From Trichoplax adhaerens (Eukaryota > Animalia > Placozoa): a stretch of DNA of 64,000 nt. This document shows positions 27,039 to 41,539 of this stretch, one piece after another (the first letter of the stretch is position 1; the number at the start of each line of letters is the position of its first letter). A program made the translations under genes and the position numbers. Under the pieces are notes generated by a model that worked only from the letters and a program-made list of their open reading frames with translations, was not told where the DNA came from and did no database searches. The DNA is taken from contig NW_002060948.1 in the NCBI RefSeq assembly GCF_000150275.1, positions 2,224,180-2,288,179 of the forward strand, written 5' to 3'.

Positions 27039-30000
27039 TCATAACTGAGGAACGCTATCAATACCACGATATTTGAAATAAGCCTTATTCATTTGTTCTA
27101 AAAGTATAAATGTTAGCACCGTGTGAGGACCTAATCTTGCGTAGTAAGGGGTAAAACCCTTCCACAGCGAAAAAAATCCTTCATTGCGAAGCACTTTCAT
27201 AAATATATCCTAAGGAAAATTTATAGAGAATTCATGTAAGTATTCAGTTACTAGTTAATGATAGTAGCGAGCATCTCTTGACGACATCACACATACCAAG
27301 GCCCCATTAAACTCCGGCTTTCCATCGATTACTTTCATATTTTGGAGTCTAGAATAAAGTATTACAAGAAAAATGAATATTTCAAAGTGCTTAGATATAT
27401 ATTATAAACCATTTAATTCTTTCTGTGACAAGAGGATGACCTTGTCTTAATAATATCTACGGGCATAGAAGCAGCAGTTGTAGCAAGACCACTGATCATA
27501 CTGGCAACAAAGTGACAACCAATACCATCCTTAAGGTATCCTGGTAAAAAAATTATGGAGTTATTTAAAAATTAATCATAACTCATAGGCAAAAGGTTAG
27601 GTTACTTTCTGTAGAAAAAGCAATACAAGTTCAGAAATACGAGTTCATGCGAGGTGATCTTAGGTCAAGGCTACAATGTACGGTAATTACTACAAAGGCT
27701 ATATTCGTCACTCATCAGTTTTCTGTCACTAATTATAATTATGAGTGATGACTTATTAGATGCATCTTCATTCTCAGTTTGGTCTATCAATATAAGCCAT
27801 TAACATTTTCTCTATATATCAGAATTCTATCTTGCAATAGTTTCCTCGTTAAACTAAATAGTAAGGAGTTAGATGATCAAGATAAAGATCTTACTTCTAC
27901 TAGCGCTAATACTAAGCAAGCAGAATGTTGCATATTAGAAAATTTTCGCCTAGTAATAGTACCTGAGTTTAGTAAAGTTTGCTTTGCTTGCGAGTATGTG
28001 GCCAGTTGTGCAGCATTTACAACCATGGCTCTTCCAATTGTAGGTAGGCAACCCTAAAAAGTAATTAACAGACAATTAATTCATAACTGTCACACCATAC
28101 CTACATAAACGCTTGGTCGTGTATTAGTAACTCCAATACAGATTAGCATTTGGTTTTGCACACCGGGTATACATGCATTATATCACAGAACAGCTAATCG
28201 CAAATTCGAATGCCGGTACAACATTTCCTATTGCATCTGTAGTAAGCCATACAAATATACAATTTGAAAGAATTTTTATAGTCTGATCGTATTATCCTTA
28301 CTCTCCATAGGGTTAAAATGCCTTCCTCTCGTGTAATGCGGATCAAGGCGTTAAAAACATTCGTATAACCGCGCCGTTCTGCAGCTGGTAAACTTTTATG
28401 CAAAGTATTCATCAAATTATTAAAAATATTCATATCAAAAGGTAATTTGACTTTTTTCTACAGTGCACAGTACCTGCCGTCACCAGTCATGCGAATTAGC
28501 GCGAGCTCAGCCGGAGTTCCTATAAAAGCGCCAACAGCTCCAGCTGTTATCCCTATAGCAGATTAATCGATTAAAAAATATAATGTTATTTATATTTGAT
28601 ATGGTGAAGTCTAATGTTTTACAATATGCTTTTTCAGCATAATTCGATTGATAACAAGATTGACTTGTTTAAAGATTGCAATACTACCTATGGCACATTT
28701 ATTAATAAATGTAGGCTGCCGGCCTTGTTTCCTGCGTTATAACAAATTTTGCTCATCAGTACGTACCAAAATGATGAATTTTATTTGTGTTCGAAAGTAC
28801 AATAAAAGTAGGTATACATAATTTCAGAAGCCGCATGCAGTCAATGAAGCTTTTACTAATTAATAATTAATAAGTTTATTTGATTGGTGTTCATTACCCA
28901 ACAAATCGCTCAAAAAGTGTTGAATAGACGCCAAGTCGAGTAGTGGTATACGTAGCTTGACGAAGTAAGCCAGCTGACAAACTAAATATTTCAATATTTA
29001 AGAATTATACGTTGAAAAGTCCGTTGCAATTAGATAGTATGCACTACTACTCTCCTATCGAGACGCATCATGTATTAATAAATATACCATTGTACTAAGG
29101 TGCTAAAAGTTTTCAATGACAGTGATTTTTAAACAAACCCATTATATAACGTAGTTATTCCTTCATTTCGAACTATTTTTATAATGACATCCAGTGAAGA
29201 TTTATAGGCCTTCGTTTTTTCACCGACACCTATTAATTAATAAAAATTTGAAGTTTTTTTCAGGGAAATGCAACTGTGAAAGGATTACAGATAACTTATC
29301 CTGATAGTAGTTGTGGACTAATATCATATCTACCGTAGAATATAATATGTTAGCATCTGACTACCTAATATACTACATTTGTTGGTATAATGACTTCAGC
29401 TAATTGTAGTAGTACAGTAAGTTGCAAATTTTGGGATACGTAGGCGAACCAACAGTAATAGCTGGAGACTACTACTCGGTCATTACAGTTGATAATGGAA
29501 TGATACCGTACATGTAGGATTATAGTGCACGTATATACAGATGCGCATATGTTCCTTTAATAGGAATAGTATATATATATATATACATTAATTAATTAAA
29601 ATGATGTAATAGTTAGGTTTACGCTTACTGCTTAATTGCATGCGGTTCTTGACCAAGTCCAAGGGTTGAACGAAGAGAGTAGCTCCCATTCTGAAAGTGA
29701 ATAGAACAAATAATAATCAAATAATTTCATGGCATTGAAATATATATGATACCATTAGCCGTGAACCGAAATTTTATAGCTTCAATGAGGGCAAATTTAA
29801 CGGAAAGTATAGAGAACCATGCACTTTGCTTCATATCAAAGATAAATATCTAATCAGTACCTAACTATAAAAACTTGTATAGTACTGTATTATAATTACC
29901 GCATTATATTCTAATTTCAATACTGCGTGATTGAGCTTTACTTAGCGGATAACAATGACCACAGCAAAAGTTCTACGCATGCTGTATCATGGATTACTAC

Positions 30001-30796
30001 AGTAAATTAGTTAATACATAATGCAAACCATGTAACTTTACAAGAAATGCGCAAGGTCAATTATTCGACAACTTTACTCATATGAGTTAGGAGTATTCTA
30101 GAGTTGTTGTTTCGAAGACTGGCTATAATTAATTAATTATAAGACACCATGACCGGTCAAGCGTGTCGCTTTATAGCGTGCTCTTGTGTGAACTTGGCCA
30201 ATCCTAGGATTGCTAATTTGCTATGCATAAGTTGAGTATGAATGTAACGCTTCTAATCAAGAGGGTATTATTGTACTAAATGTTCCATGGGTGAAAGATT
30301 TATTAAATAAGCAGCCTTGACCATCATAAGAGTTCTATTTTTTGTAAGTGAAGCTTTTGCGTGTGCCGCTCGCCAAGAACATACTGTAGGTAATGCTGTA
30401 TACGCGTCTCTGCAGATTACCCTTGAACAGATAAAGCACTAAAGAAATTGGACAATTTAGTAAAAAAATTTAAGCTTAGGAATGATGCAATCAACACAAC
30501 TGGATCATTGCATAGGTAGGTAGTAGCAACTAGCAACTGCAAGGCAATGTTTTGCATCGATTGCCGAACAGAACAGTACTATTGCAGTCAGCTACGTATT
30601 CAGGAAACGTATCCAGTTTTGGTCGATTTGCTACGATCTACAGCGCTACTACTAGGCACCTTGTCACTACAATACTGATGCTACACTACAGACAATTCAC
30701 TGTCGCCTATACATACCCTGCTCCACCACCAAATGCAAATTTAATGGCCTTTGGTACTGAAGGGGGAGAAGTATTTTTCGATGTGTTGGGTGCCAT
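27039..30796 (-). CDS. SLC25A11: Mitochondrial 2-oxoglutarate/malate carrier
   Basis: Exons give MAP..KFAFGGGAG|MGATLFVQPLDLVKNRMQLS, LSAGLLRQATYTTTRLGVY, GTPAELALIRMTGDG, RRGYTNVFNALIRITREEG, PTIGRAMVVNAAQLATYSQAKQ, ASMPVDIIKTR and WKGFTPYYARLGPHTVLTFILLEQMN. Three carrier repeats with OGC-type motifs. Confidence 0.97.
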
Positions 30797-31107
30797 GATC
30801 GTGATTTCAAGCCAGCTGCAATTGAAATTTGGTAGTATAGGTAGTTGTAGTCTTTAATCAGGTCTTTTTGGTAGCTTCAGAATTTATTGTAAGAATTTCC
30901 AACAGACTGCATGAACGATTGAAAGGGTGTGTGGAGATTTACGATTTAATATTAATTGCTGCGGTAAGTCAACAGAAGACACAACGATAACCTAACCTAA
31001 ATTCTGCATTGCCCAGCCAGAATTTTTTTAATTGACCTTGCCTTGGCTCTACCCTATCATCTTGATCATCAAAGGACGTCGTAGACGTACAGCGCTTGCT
31101 CAGTTAT

Positions 31108-31897
31108 ACAGTACATGCTGTACCGTAGAATGTACACTAGAGACCCTGTATTGTGTTCGTGTTCTGTACAGTGTACATACAGTACAGTACAGTACTGTAC
31201 ACTGTACAGTATGCAGCAGCGTTTGGCGAAAGGGGTCACGCTGGTACGGGGGTTAATATTAGTTAACCGGTATGGAGCAAATTATTCGGTGGGACAAACT
31301 GGTTTTTACCACTTGCATTAGTGTACTTTGGCACATCATGCGTTCATGCTATAGTGTACATCAGAGTCCTGCACAAGTGTAGCATGGAATTAGATCCCTT
31401 GCATTTTCTCTATAGAAGAAACTGTTAAAATGGAAATTTCTTATAATGAGAACTCTCCTTTACAACGATTGAGGTTACATAATACTAAAACAAAGTTAGC
31501 TAAATACAACCATCAAGACCTCAACTTCTTCACTGTGCTAAAACTAAATCGACTTTAACCATCTACATGACACAAATGTAAAACATCATCATCAACAAGA
31601 TTTGTAAGAAATTTCCATTTGAACAGCTTTTACTATAGAGAAAATGCAAGGGATCATCAACCAGATTTGTAAGAAATTTCCATTTAAACAGCTTTTACTA
31701 TAGAGAAAATGCAAGAGATCCAATTCGATCGATACACACTACTGTCGCGCAAATGGTACAGTACAGTACACTCAGTGAGTACAGTACAGTACAGTACAGT
31801 ACAGTAGTGTGTACTGTACTGTACTGTACTGTACTGTGCTGTACCGTATGATGTACTGTACTGTACTGTACTGTATACTGTAGTGAATACTGTAGTA
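31108..31897. repeat. Two TACAG/CTGTA arrays (about 31108-31210 and 31757-31897) in the SLC25A11 / CNBD-gene divergent region
   Basis: (TACAG)n run followed by a (TACTG)n run at 31757-31880 (self-complementary). A second array lies about 300 bp upstream of the SLC25A11 ATG. Confidence 0.9.
31386..31727. mobile_element. MITE-like non-autonomous element, ~60-bp inverted arms, right arm tandemly duplicated
   Basis: Left arm GGAATTAGATCCCTTGCATTTTCTCTATAG..AATGGAAATTTCTTA (31386-31447) is reverse-complementary to 31601-31655 and again to 31666-31727 (period 65 bp). No coding capacity. Confidence 0.65.
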
Positions 31898-33873
31898 CGT
31901 AGACAGATCACTCTTGGACGGACTGACTTTTAACATTTCCTTGCGATACTACTTTAGTATGCAGACGGCCGGTTTTAAATGAACTGATTTTTTTCCAAGT
32001 TGAAAATATTACGTTGAATCTTATTATCCGCTACTATGTTTGCATGTTGATCCCTAAGTTCTGCTTGGAAACAGACTGTTGATGTTATTGATTTAGAAAT
32101 AAATTAGTACCACTGATTTTAGAAATTGTACACAGTACTGTATACTGTGGGGAACAAATGCGCATAGTTCGATTTTAATGCTGGCGAAGCGAGTACTTCA
32201 ATTCGTAAATAAAGAGTCTCTATGTCTCCAGTAGAACAATTAGAGTACAGTTAGTGTGGACTAACACGATATCAAAGTTCATCTTATGAGTTATGGAGTT
32301 GCTTAAATTGAATAATCGTATGTAAATCTGCAATCTCTGTATTCACATAACCAACTTTCGAAGTAACAGAAATTCACTCACCACTTACTTATTCTGTATA
32401 CATTGTAGTATTCTACAACTGTACATTTCATAGTAGAATTTGACTATAATACTATGACGACTAATAAGAGAATAGCATACAGTCTTAGCCAATTAACGAA
32501 TTCATTATGATTTGGTTGGCATTACTTAATAGATTACCATGGGTTGATTGCTATGCAGTATCCATTTGCAAGTCATTGATAGAGCGATTTTTAAAATAAA
32601 ACTATTTATACTCGTATGTACCATAATGTGTTACAGTGTCTTACAGCACCGTGGTACACTGTCTACAAGATTTACAAATCAACGATTAGATGTTACGCTT
32701 GCAATCGAACCAATGTTGTAATCAAACTCAATAAATATAATAATTATAATTATATATCCTTAAAGATATTGTTTTCAATTTCCGATTCATATTTTGTACG
32801 CGTTGCACGCGATTAATTGAATATTCATGAATTTTCCTTAATTAATTATTTATTTATCGGATAGTTATTTATATCAACTTATTTTGATACAGTAGGTTGG
32901 ACCAACCGTTGGAGTATCACTGACCTTAATGCGATTCTGTCTTAATTAAATATGTAGTAATTATTTTTATCTTATTGTTTAATCTGTCTTTCAACCGTAT
33001 ACATTATACAGTAGGTATATTACTGATAATACAGTTGCTGTATGCCATACAGCGTACTGAATGTTATTCTACAAACTATGGTATATATATATCGTTACTA
33101 GGATGTTCCGTTTTTGGACATAATAATCTACGCCTATTTAAAAAAAAATGATTTAGTTATTAACATATAGCAAATTTGAGTTACAATGTACTCAAGCAAC
33201 GTGTACAAATAATCAGCGTTTTAGCATGAAACTCAGTATGATCCCAAAGTGCCGATAGCCCACTAGAATTATCGTCAGATGAATCGTGACCGTTATCCAT
33301 GTCTAGCCATTTTTTACTACCAACAATATGTAAAGGCGACAGTAATTGAATAACGAATGCAACCATGGAAACAGAGACTAAATTAGTACATGCACCTGTC
33401 ATATAAATCCTTAAATTTGTATACAAAACTGTAGCATAGGATATTCAGTATCGGCAATACCACATTTATAAATATTTATTTCGTACAAAATTGTATTCTT
33501 ACTAGTATAATTACGGTACCATATACAACTTGCGTATTAGGTATTAAAATTGTTAATGTTTATTCATAAAAATTTTCATTCGTATACACTGGCATGTACG
33601 CTGTAAAGAGTCATCCGGTTAAATAATAAACCGATTCGCTATAACGTAAAATCAGAAATCAGATACAGACGACTGAAATTTCAGTATAATCTGATTATGG
33701 AGAGAAAATTACCTTCTCTATCGTAGAAATGCCAAATTTACACTACCGACGTAATATTTGATGGTACACAAGAACTAATATTGGTGTAGTGAAGATTTAT
33801 ATATCTTACTTAAATTTTTCGATTATTACTGCCCAAATTACTTTTGGACTCTATTTAAAATAATCACGGAAAG

Positions 33874-36800
33874 ATGACAGGCGGTTCTAAAAAAAGTTCC
33901 ATCAGCGTAACTTCGAATAATGAGTCTATGCTTGTCTTCAATAAAGATATTTATAAAAGTCACGATGCCATTATTATAACTGACGAAGCCAGGAAAGTAA
34001 TGTCCAAAGGATTAGACGAAGAACGCACTGAGAAAGAGTTACGTGCTCTTAGAGATGTTGTTGCTGGAATGAAATTAATTCACAAAGGAATGCAAATTAT
34101 ACAAGAGAGCTTATGTAGAGTTATAACTTACGAGAGACACAGCGCTGAAGAAGTTCTATATCGACAACCTTGGGAACAGTTTATGTCTTGCTATTACATA
34201 TTATCAGGAACTGTTAGAATGCTGTACGAACAGCCAACAATGAACGTTAGATGTGGCCTAATCCATCAACATTTCACTGGAGAATATATTGGTTCGTTAG
34301 CATTAATAGAAGATGATCCTATCGGAACTGGTGCACCCTTACCGATGCGTATGGTCATTGTAGATGCATGTGAATTACTACGGATTGATCAGAGGCAATT
34401 TAAGTTGACATTGGAAGCAATACAAGAACGACATAAAAAGAAAAAAATTGAGTTTATGAATAATACAAGCGTCGTAAAGTCTTTGCCTGAAGCTGATATG
34501 TTGAGGATTATACCTCTATAACTGTAGTACTGAATACTCGTGNATAGAAGCACTAAATTTTATTTAAACTTGAGAATTCTTTGGCTAACAGCCGTACACT
34601 TAGCTTAATCAGACGTATCAATGGAACTAACTAGTAGTATATTACAGGCGCTTTTAATTTAAGGATTATTTATTATTTACAGTATCTACGATTCTATTAA
34701 GTACCTTACCGGTATATATGAAACTTAAATTGATATAGATTACGTATTGGTCAAAATTTATTTAGTATCATTAATACGAAGGTATAGATAATATGAAGAA
34801 TGAGAAAGCAAATCATTGCGTTAGTTGTCAGTTTAAATTATGTAAATTGGAGGAATACCCTATTATTAAATGTGTAGTGTTAAGAAAATGTAGTGCCTTT
34901 TAGGTTTATCAGTACTTATAAATTTAATTTCATTCCACGAATGGAGTTAAGCGTCTAGTGCTACAATCTTAGAAATAATTACTGAAATAGCAACCGCTAG
35001 CAATTTGGGTTTCCAAGTCTTTTAAAACCTACAATAAATGCAACTAAAATTTAACTGATTTTTGATATGCTATAATATCCTAGATTTGACTTTACACTTC
35101 TCCAATGATTAGTTTTTGCTTAAGTCCTGTTTTTAGCTTAACTTTTAATTGTTAGGATTCCATGACTGTTTGATCCTAAATATTATAAAGATACTAACTA
35201 TTGTCCTTATGTATGTATATATTGTATGCACATTTATAATAGCTAGATGTATACTCTAATAATATAACACTGTTTTGCTATTATTTCTATGTAAAGATCA
35301 TTTCACATAGAATAGTGGTTATAAAATAATGGATTTTACATGTGAATGAAATTAATTTCAAAAACATACATAAACATATAACAAATGAATTATCGTAGAA
35401 GTAAGACATAAAATTTAACATTTTATTTGAGAAAAGTGAATATCGATAGCAGTAAACTTTAAGATTACTATTACAGTGCCGAGTTATCATCCTATAATAC
35501 TAACTAATCAAATTTGATCTGGTAAATCAGTCACAGACTAACTCTTAACTATGATACAATCTATTAACCTAATAGGCATACCCGCCGGACAAACTCATAC
35601 TGCACGAAGGTCAAAAAAATGTTCACCTATATTTTTTAATAAAAGGTACCAATAAGAGGACAATATGTGCCATTTATTTTTATCAGTCAATTTTTCTGAT
35701 TGATTCTAGAGCTCTAGTAATTATTCGTTCCCTTTCATCTTATCTTAAATAAAAGACAAAAATCTAGCGTGGTCCTTATATTTGCTGCTATCGTTCTAAA
35801 TATATTATATCATTATTATTCAATAATTATAAATTATTTAATTTGTAAGCGGTTTATTCTTACTATTGGATTGCAGTATCAACAGTATCGAATAATTTGC
35901 GATGATTCGGTCATATGAAATGTTATAGTACTTACACTTTACAGCTTGTAAATTATCTGATTCTGATGCCATGCTGTCTACTTAATGTAGGACGATGCAC
36001 AAAGTATAAGAAAGTATTCGTCGAACGGAAACAGCAACATGAAATTATAAAATTAGGAATGATTCAAGAAGGTATAGTCATATTGATGGTAGTTTAATTA
36101 TAGCATATATAAAACTTTGTTGTATAATTTCAGTCAGTTTTTGCTTAGATTACGAATACGATATTTAAATAAAGTTTAATTACAAGGAAAATCGCGTTGG
36201 CATGATTATAATAAAATATATTCCTTCATTGCGGTTATACTTTCCAATTTATCATTCCATAACGATCTTCACTGATTTAATGTCCTTCTTATTGAATGCA
36301 TTCAAAATTTTATATAATTTATGAAACACTCTAGGTCATTTTTTTGGTGAGTGTTCCATATTAGAAAATTCTGCTAGTTGTTACTCGGTTTTAAGTGATG
36401 GCTTCTCTACTTGCTATTTGATAAGCCTGTAAGTAGCAAGGGTATATATTAGAGGTTAAAAGTAGCTCAATGCTATGTATTTAGACGCTTACGAGACTTT
36501 TATACCTTAGAGAATAGCATCTATTAGTATTTTGATACTATATACGGTGCATGCACTCGTAGATTGAATTGCCTTCGATTGCGATGCCATATTGTAGCTT
36601 TTAAATATTTTTATCAAGACGCCTATGTTAGCTGTTTTTGTGAGGGATTGCTCTACAAAATTTTCCTCTTAGTCCGTTTATACCGCACTCAACAAAAATC
36701 AGGAGTTATTGGTAGTACATGGAGGGAGTTTTTGTGTAGTATTCCCTACTTCTGCATGCTAGTTTTTATAGATTTAAATTAAAAATATCAAATACATATC

Positions 36801-39038
36801 CTCTTACTTTTCGCTTAAAATTAGCTAAAATGCCATTTCGTTACGAACTTAGAAAAATGTTTTAATTTAACCCTTGATTGATAGGGATGATATTCAAGCC
36901 TACGGCGGTGAAAACTTTCTACAGTTAGTAAGAAAAAAAAGAGATGACATTCCAAGTAACGTGAACATGTTGGATATTGTTAGAAGAAGTGAAGTTTGGG
37001 AACGTTTTAAGTCTGATATAGTGATAGAAATGATAGATACTAATCAGCAGAATCGTCAAGAGTCGAAAAGATACGCATTCGAATTTAAGGATACAAGGAC
37101 TGCATGCACAAAAATACAAATTTTACCAAGCCGGTAACTTATTTTCCTAATATTTGCTACAAAATATTTTGATAAAATAAAAGACAGATATATGTCTTTA
37201 TAATGAAATTACATGATAAGCCATCGCAGATCGTTACTTGCATTGCCTAAATTCATCTAACGATTTCTCGCATATCGAATTACTTATTATAAAGTTACAT
37301 TTTAATAAATAGATATTCAAGAAAGAGTAATCGCCCTCTTATTTCACGTAATGGGCCTTTTAATGGATCTACTTCATCCAAAAAAGATCAAAATTGTAAT
37401 TCTGACTTGAGCTCCATGCAGTCAAATCGTCGCGATATTGATTTAGCATCGACATCATTAACTAAACGAAGTTTAAGTCAGCCTTCTGTAACATTAAATC
37501 TTCAAGCAAATAGCCATAATAGTATTTTCTCTGGTCGTAAATCAGCGAGCACAAATGATATTAGAAAATTGGAAAATTTTTCAGAAGATAGTTCGGCTAG
37601 GTAATCGATTTTTACTTAAAATATAGATACATTTCATTTTATTTAGATAATACATTTATTTCCCCATAATTTGGGGGAATTTTCTGCATTATTAATGGTT
37701 ATGATAGTATTAACAGAAATGTCAATAAAATTAAAATTTTATTTTACCCATACCAGTAGACACATTGTGGAAGCTAACGAGGAGAGTAAAAAGCAGTTAT
37801 CTTATGCAGAAGATCGTATAGAAGATTTAAAAATTGGTCTCAGAAAGAAGTCAGCTGATGTTACGCGAGATAGATTGCTGTTGAATAATGCTTTAGATGA
37901 ACTAGAAAGTGCATCCGTAAGCTCCACACCACCGGTAAAGCACTCTATCTTGAAAGATCGAGTTAGATAGATACTGCTTATGCACGTAGAATGAGTTATG
38001 CTACTGGGAATGACTTTTGCTATGCTAGTCTAATTTATACTGTATATGGGGTATATCAGTAGGAACTAATTCCACGATAGAGCTGTGTTGTATGCTACCA
38101 ATAAAGTACGTTTACATTTAAATGATTTATATAGATGCAATGTAAATTGAGGGGTAATTTCAGGGTATTAAATTATTTAATTGGAAATATAGCATAGTGC
38201 TTTCTTGATTTACTACAAGTTCTTACAAGTGATTAAATAGCTAATGCATCGATTTATTATACGGATAAATTTAGGTCAATCCACAATCAAGTCACGGCCA
38301 AAGACGCAAAAATATCTTCGAAGATGGGCCGCCAAGTCACGTACAATTCTTGGAAGCAACGGCTCACATCCGAGATGCAGTAAGACACACGTTAGATAAA
38401 TTATCACTGGTTATTTATTTATAATACACTTTATTCAAATTAAGTCTTTCGTCATATTATAAATTTATAAAACAATTTTACTTTACAGAATCAAGCCTTA
38501 AGGGTATCTACTGCCAATATTAATTCAGCATGTACTAGCTTCGCTCACGAATTAATTTTCGATTCTATTACAAAGAAATTTGTTCGTAAGGATAGCATTA
38601 AAGATAAGGTACAATTTAGCAAATTTAGTTGATTATATTATTGCTTTACGATTTTAAGAGCATTTCCATACTTTCTGATTTATTCCTTTAATAGCATGCA
38701 TAAGGATCGTTGTTGTGAAAATTTCATGCTCAATTACTAATGATTTTCCTATCTTTCAGAAAAAAATAACTTGGCCAACTCGACCACAAACTGCAGATGG
38801 TATAACTAGAAAAAATAGCGGTAGAAATTCCGTCTTGCCGCAATCTCTGCGTCGACAGTTGATTATCAGAAGGAAAAAAAGAGTTTCAGAATCAGAATCT
38901 ATACGACCGCATACAACCCCAGGAACTACCGTACGACATGGTATAGGATCATTATCTTTAAGCGAAGACTCTAGTAGTTCGGATAGTTGTTTCACTCCAG
39001 ATGAAAGTGAAATTAAACGTATGACAAGAAGAAGATAG
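33874..39038 (+). CDS. Cyclic nucleotide-binding-domain protein (CNBD1/CNBD2-like), two cNMP-binding folds plus low-complexity C-terminus
   Basis: Exon 1 has LCRVITYERH..EVLYRQ..CYYILSGTV..GEYIGSLAL..CELLRID. Later exons at ~35576 AYPPDKLILHEGQKNVHLYFLIKG, ~35991 RCTKYK.., ~36335 HFFGECSIL..CYLISL and ~36884 DDIQAYG..WERFKSDIV, then Ser/Arg-rich exons to TAG at 39038. The exon 1 to exon 2 junction is unresolved (see findings). Confidence 0.72.
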
Positions 39039-41539
39039 AAAATAGATAATTTTAATATAAAAATTCATGTAGCACTTTATCGAAATTTACTTGACAAAAA
39101 TTATTGATACTTCACAATGGGAAGTACAAGCATAATTTGAGTATTACCTGATGGAATATTGACTAGTAAATTTCATTAGTTATTATTGTATCTATTACTC
39201 ATATTATGAAAAGATAGATATTTTATTTTATTTTTATGATTAGTGGCTTTTTAGGCGTAAACCATTGGTCAATGGTATAGATCAAGATCAATGTGGGAAG
39301 AGTAATCATAACTATTAAATTTTTCAATGCACTTATAGTGATATATAATAAATATACAGTATAATTAGCCTTTTCTCAAATTGAACAGAGTATGTTAGAA
39401 ATTATTAACTATATACAGATTTAATAGTTTTTAGGTAGCTGCAGATCAGGACACTGTATAAATTGCTATAAGATTATCAACGGATGATATATGTTGAGTT
39501 GCTTAAGGGTTAATATCTATGATAATTATTATCATGTTACTGCATCGTTTCAACGTCCTATGACATTATTGCCTTTGCTGCTTGATTAAAATCGAAAATT
39601 ATGCAATAAATAATAAGTTATGATACTAATTTACCGATGATCATCGTTTAATTCTCGTAGTTGTTTAAAAATGAACCCGTTCGCCCATAGTGTAAACTTT
39701 AGAGATTCAAGTATTCAATGAAATCAGTAATTTATAATTTCAATGGGCCAGATGAAAGATAAACTAACGATTGTTTATCACCTTCTATACAGTACAGTAT
39801 AGTAACCGTTTCCAAGTAAATTATAAGGTTGGATTAATTAGTTGTTTTACTACAGTAATAGCAAAATCCGCTCAGGCGCTGTTATATCTGTTAAATGTTC
39901 CACATACCTCTGAGAAGACCTAAAGAGTGCAATAGCATGAGATCATTGGCATGTAATGGAGGTCGTATACAGTGTTTGATATTCCACGTAAAGGAATGCT
40001 ACCTTACGTTTCCTTACAACTGCTGCAGTTATGTAGCTAATATCGTACATCATGCTATCGTGTACTGTTACGTGAGTTACAAATAATTAGTATAAGGAAT
40101 TCTGACAGTAAGCTACCCGTTATCAATGCTTATCGCGAAATCTTTATCGCATGTCAATAACCACTATCTAATATATTTATCATTATCGTTATCACAAATT
40201 GATTACAGTATCACATTTTTAAAAATTGATTAACCGTAAATACAGTATTATCATTGATTACTGTAATTATTATCTTTTTCCCAGTTAGATAATTTTAATT
40301 TTATTATACTGTACAGTACAGTATCAATAAAAATTCAAATTATCAGATATTTATAGAGCTTCACGATCGCATGTGCACTATTGTGCAGTATAATTTGCAC
40401 AGTGAGCAGCATAATTTGGAGTCATATTAGGTAAAAAAGCGATATTTTTTCGGATGTTTCTATACACCGACTAGTCAGATACAGATAACTATACTATACA
40501 GTACAGTATAGTCGGTTTACGACTACAAATCTATCAATATAAGCTTCGTGTCAATGTATGGATTGGAATGGAATGTGGCATATCGCAATCTTTTCGAAAA
40601 CTGATCAACTAGGTTGCTTACTGCTGTGCGTATTTACAGTATAATTGTACTAATTAATTAACAATAATGCTTTGTTTGGAGTTTTACATCACAACTATAA
40701 AAGTTACAAATGCAATCGGTCTCACTTGTACTGTTTTGCATATTGAAACTTTGCTATTTGCTGTTCTGCTGTACCTGTACTACTCTACAGTACAGTAGAT
40801 ACGGATGGATCATTTAATTAAGGTTAATTCATTAAAAAGACGCGCACGTTGCGTTTGTGATGAAAATTGACTGTTTACAACTATACAGTATATCGTCGCT
40901 AGTAGTTTCGAATAAGGCGACACCAAATATTGCGCCTCTTATCTAATCTACAACAGTTGTCATTGCATCCGTCACGCAATTTACTCGAAAAATATTTGCC
41001 AAAAAAACATTTTTGATTGTTGACGTAATTTCATCGGCTACTTGCTGAAATAGCACCTACTTACAAACATAAAGATTGCACTCTACAGCACCGTACTTAC
41101 TGTTTAGTCAATTACTTGTACTGCAAGATTATTAACGTGTCTTATTGCGCTACATTTACTTATTTACGTTATTATTTTGGTTATTTACATTTTGATTTTA
41201 TTTACCTGAAGTTCTACGTATAATTATAAATAATCAGTCAGCATACCCGTCGCGTTGCTGACTTAATTCGGTACATAGGTTATGGTTCATGTGCTCCCAG
41301 GCTTGCAATCGCCGATGCAAAACCATTTTACTAACATTACTGCGCGGTTCGTATAACATTTTAACATTTTACAGCCGCTTTTTTTGCATTTTCTGCCGCC
41401 ACTCATTTGTATTTGAATCTACGGATTTTAGGCAAAAACGTTATGATCTTTATATAAAACTACTAACTAATAATTTTCTATCCACTGATGGAAATAAGTA
41501 GCTAGACAAGGTATTTTTCTACTTTTATTCAAGGTATTC

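Noticed and set aside
35541-35560. U12-like branch CTCTTAAC followed by AC, suggesting an AT-AC intron that would rescue the CNBD frame
   Set aside because: No ATATCC donor upstream, and the sequence after the AC has an in-frame stop before AYPP.
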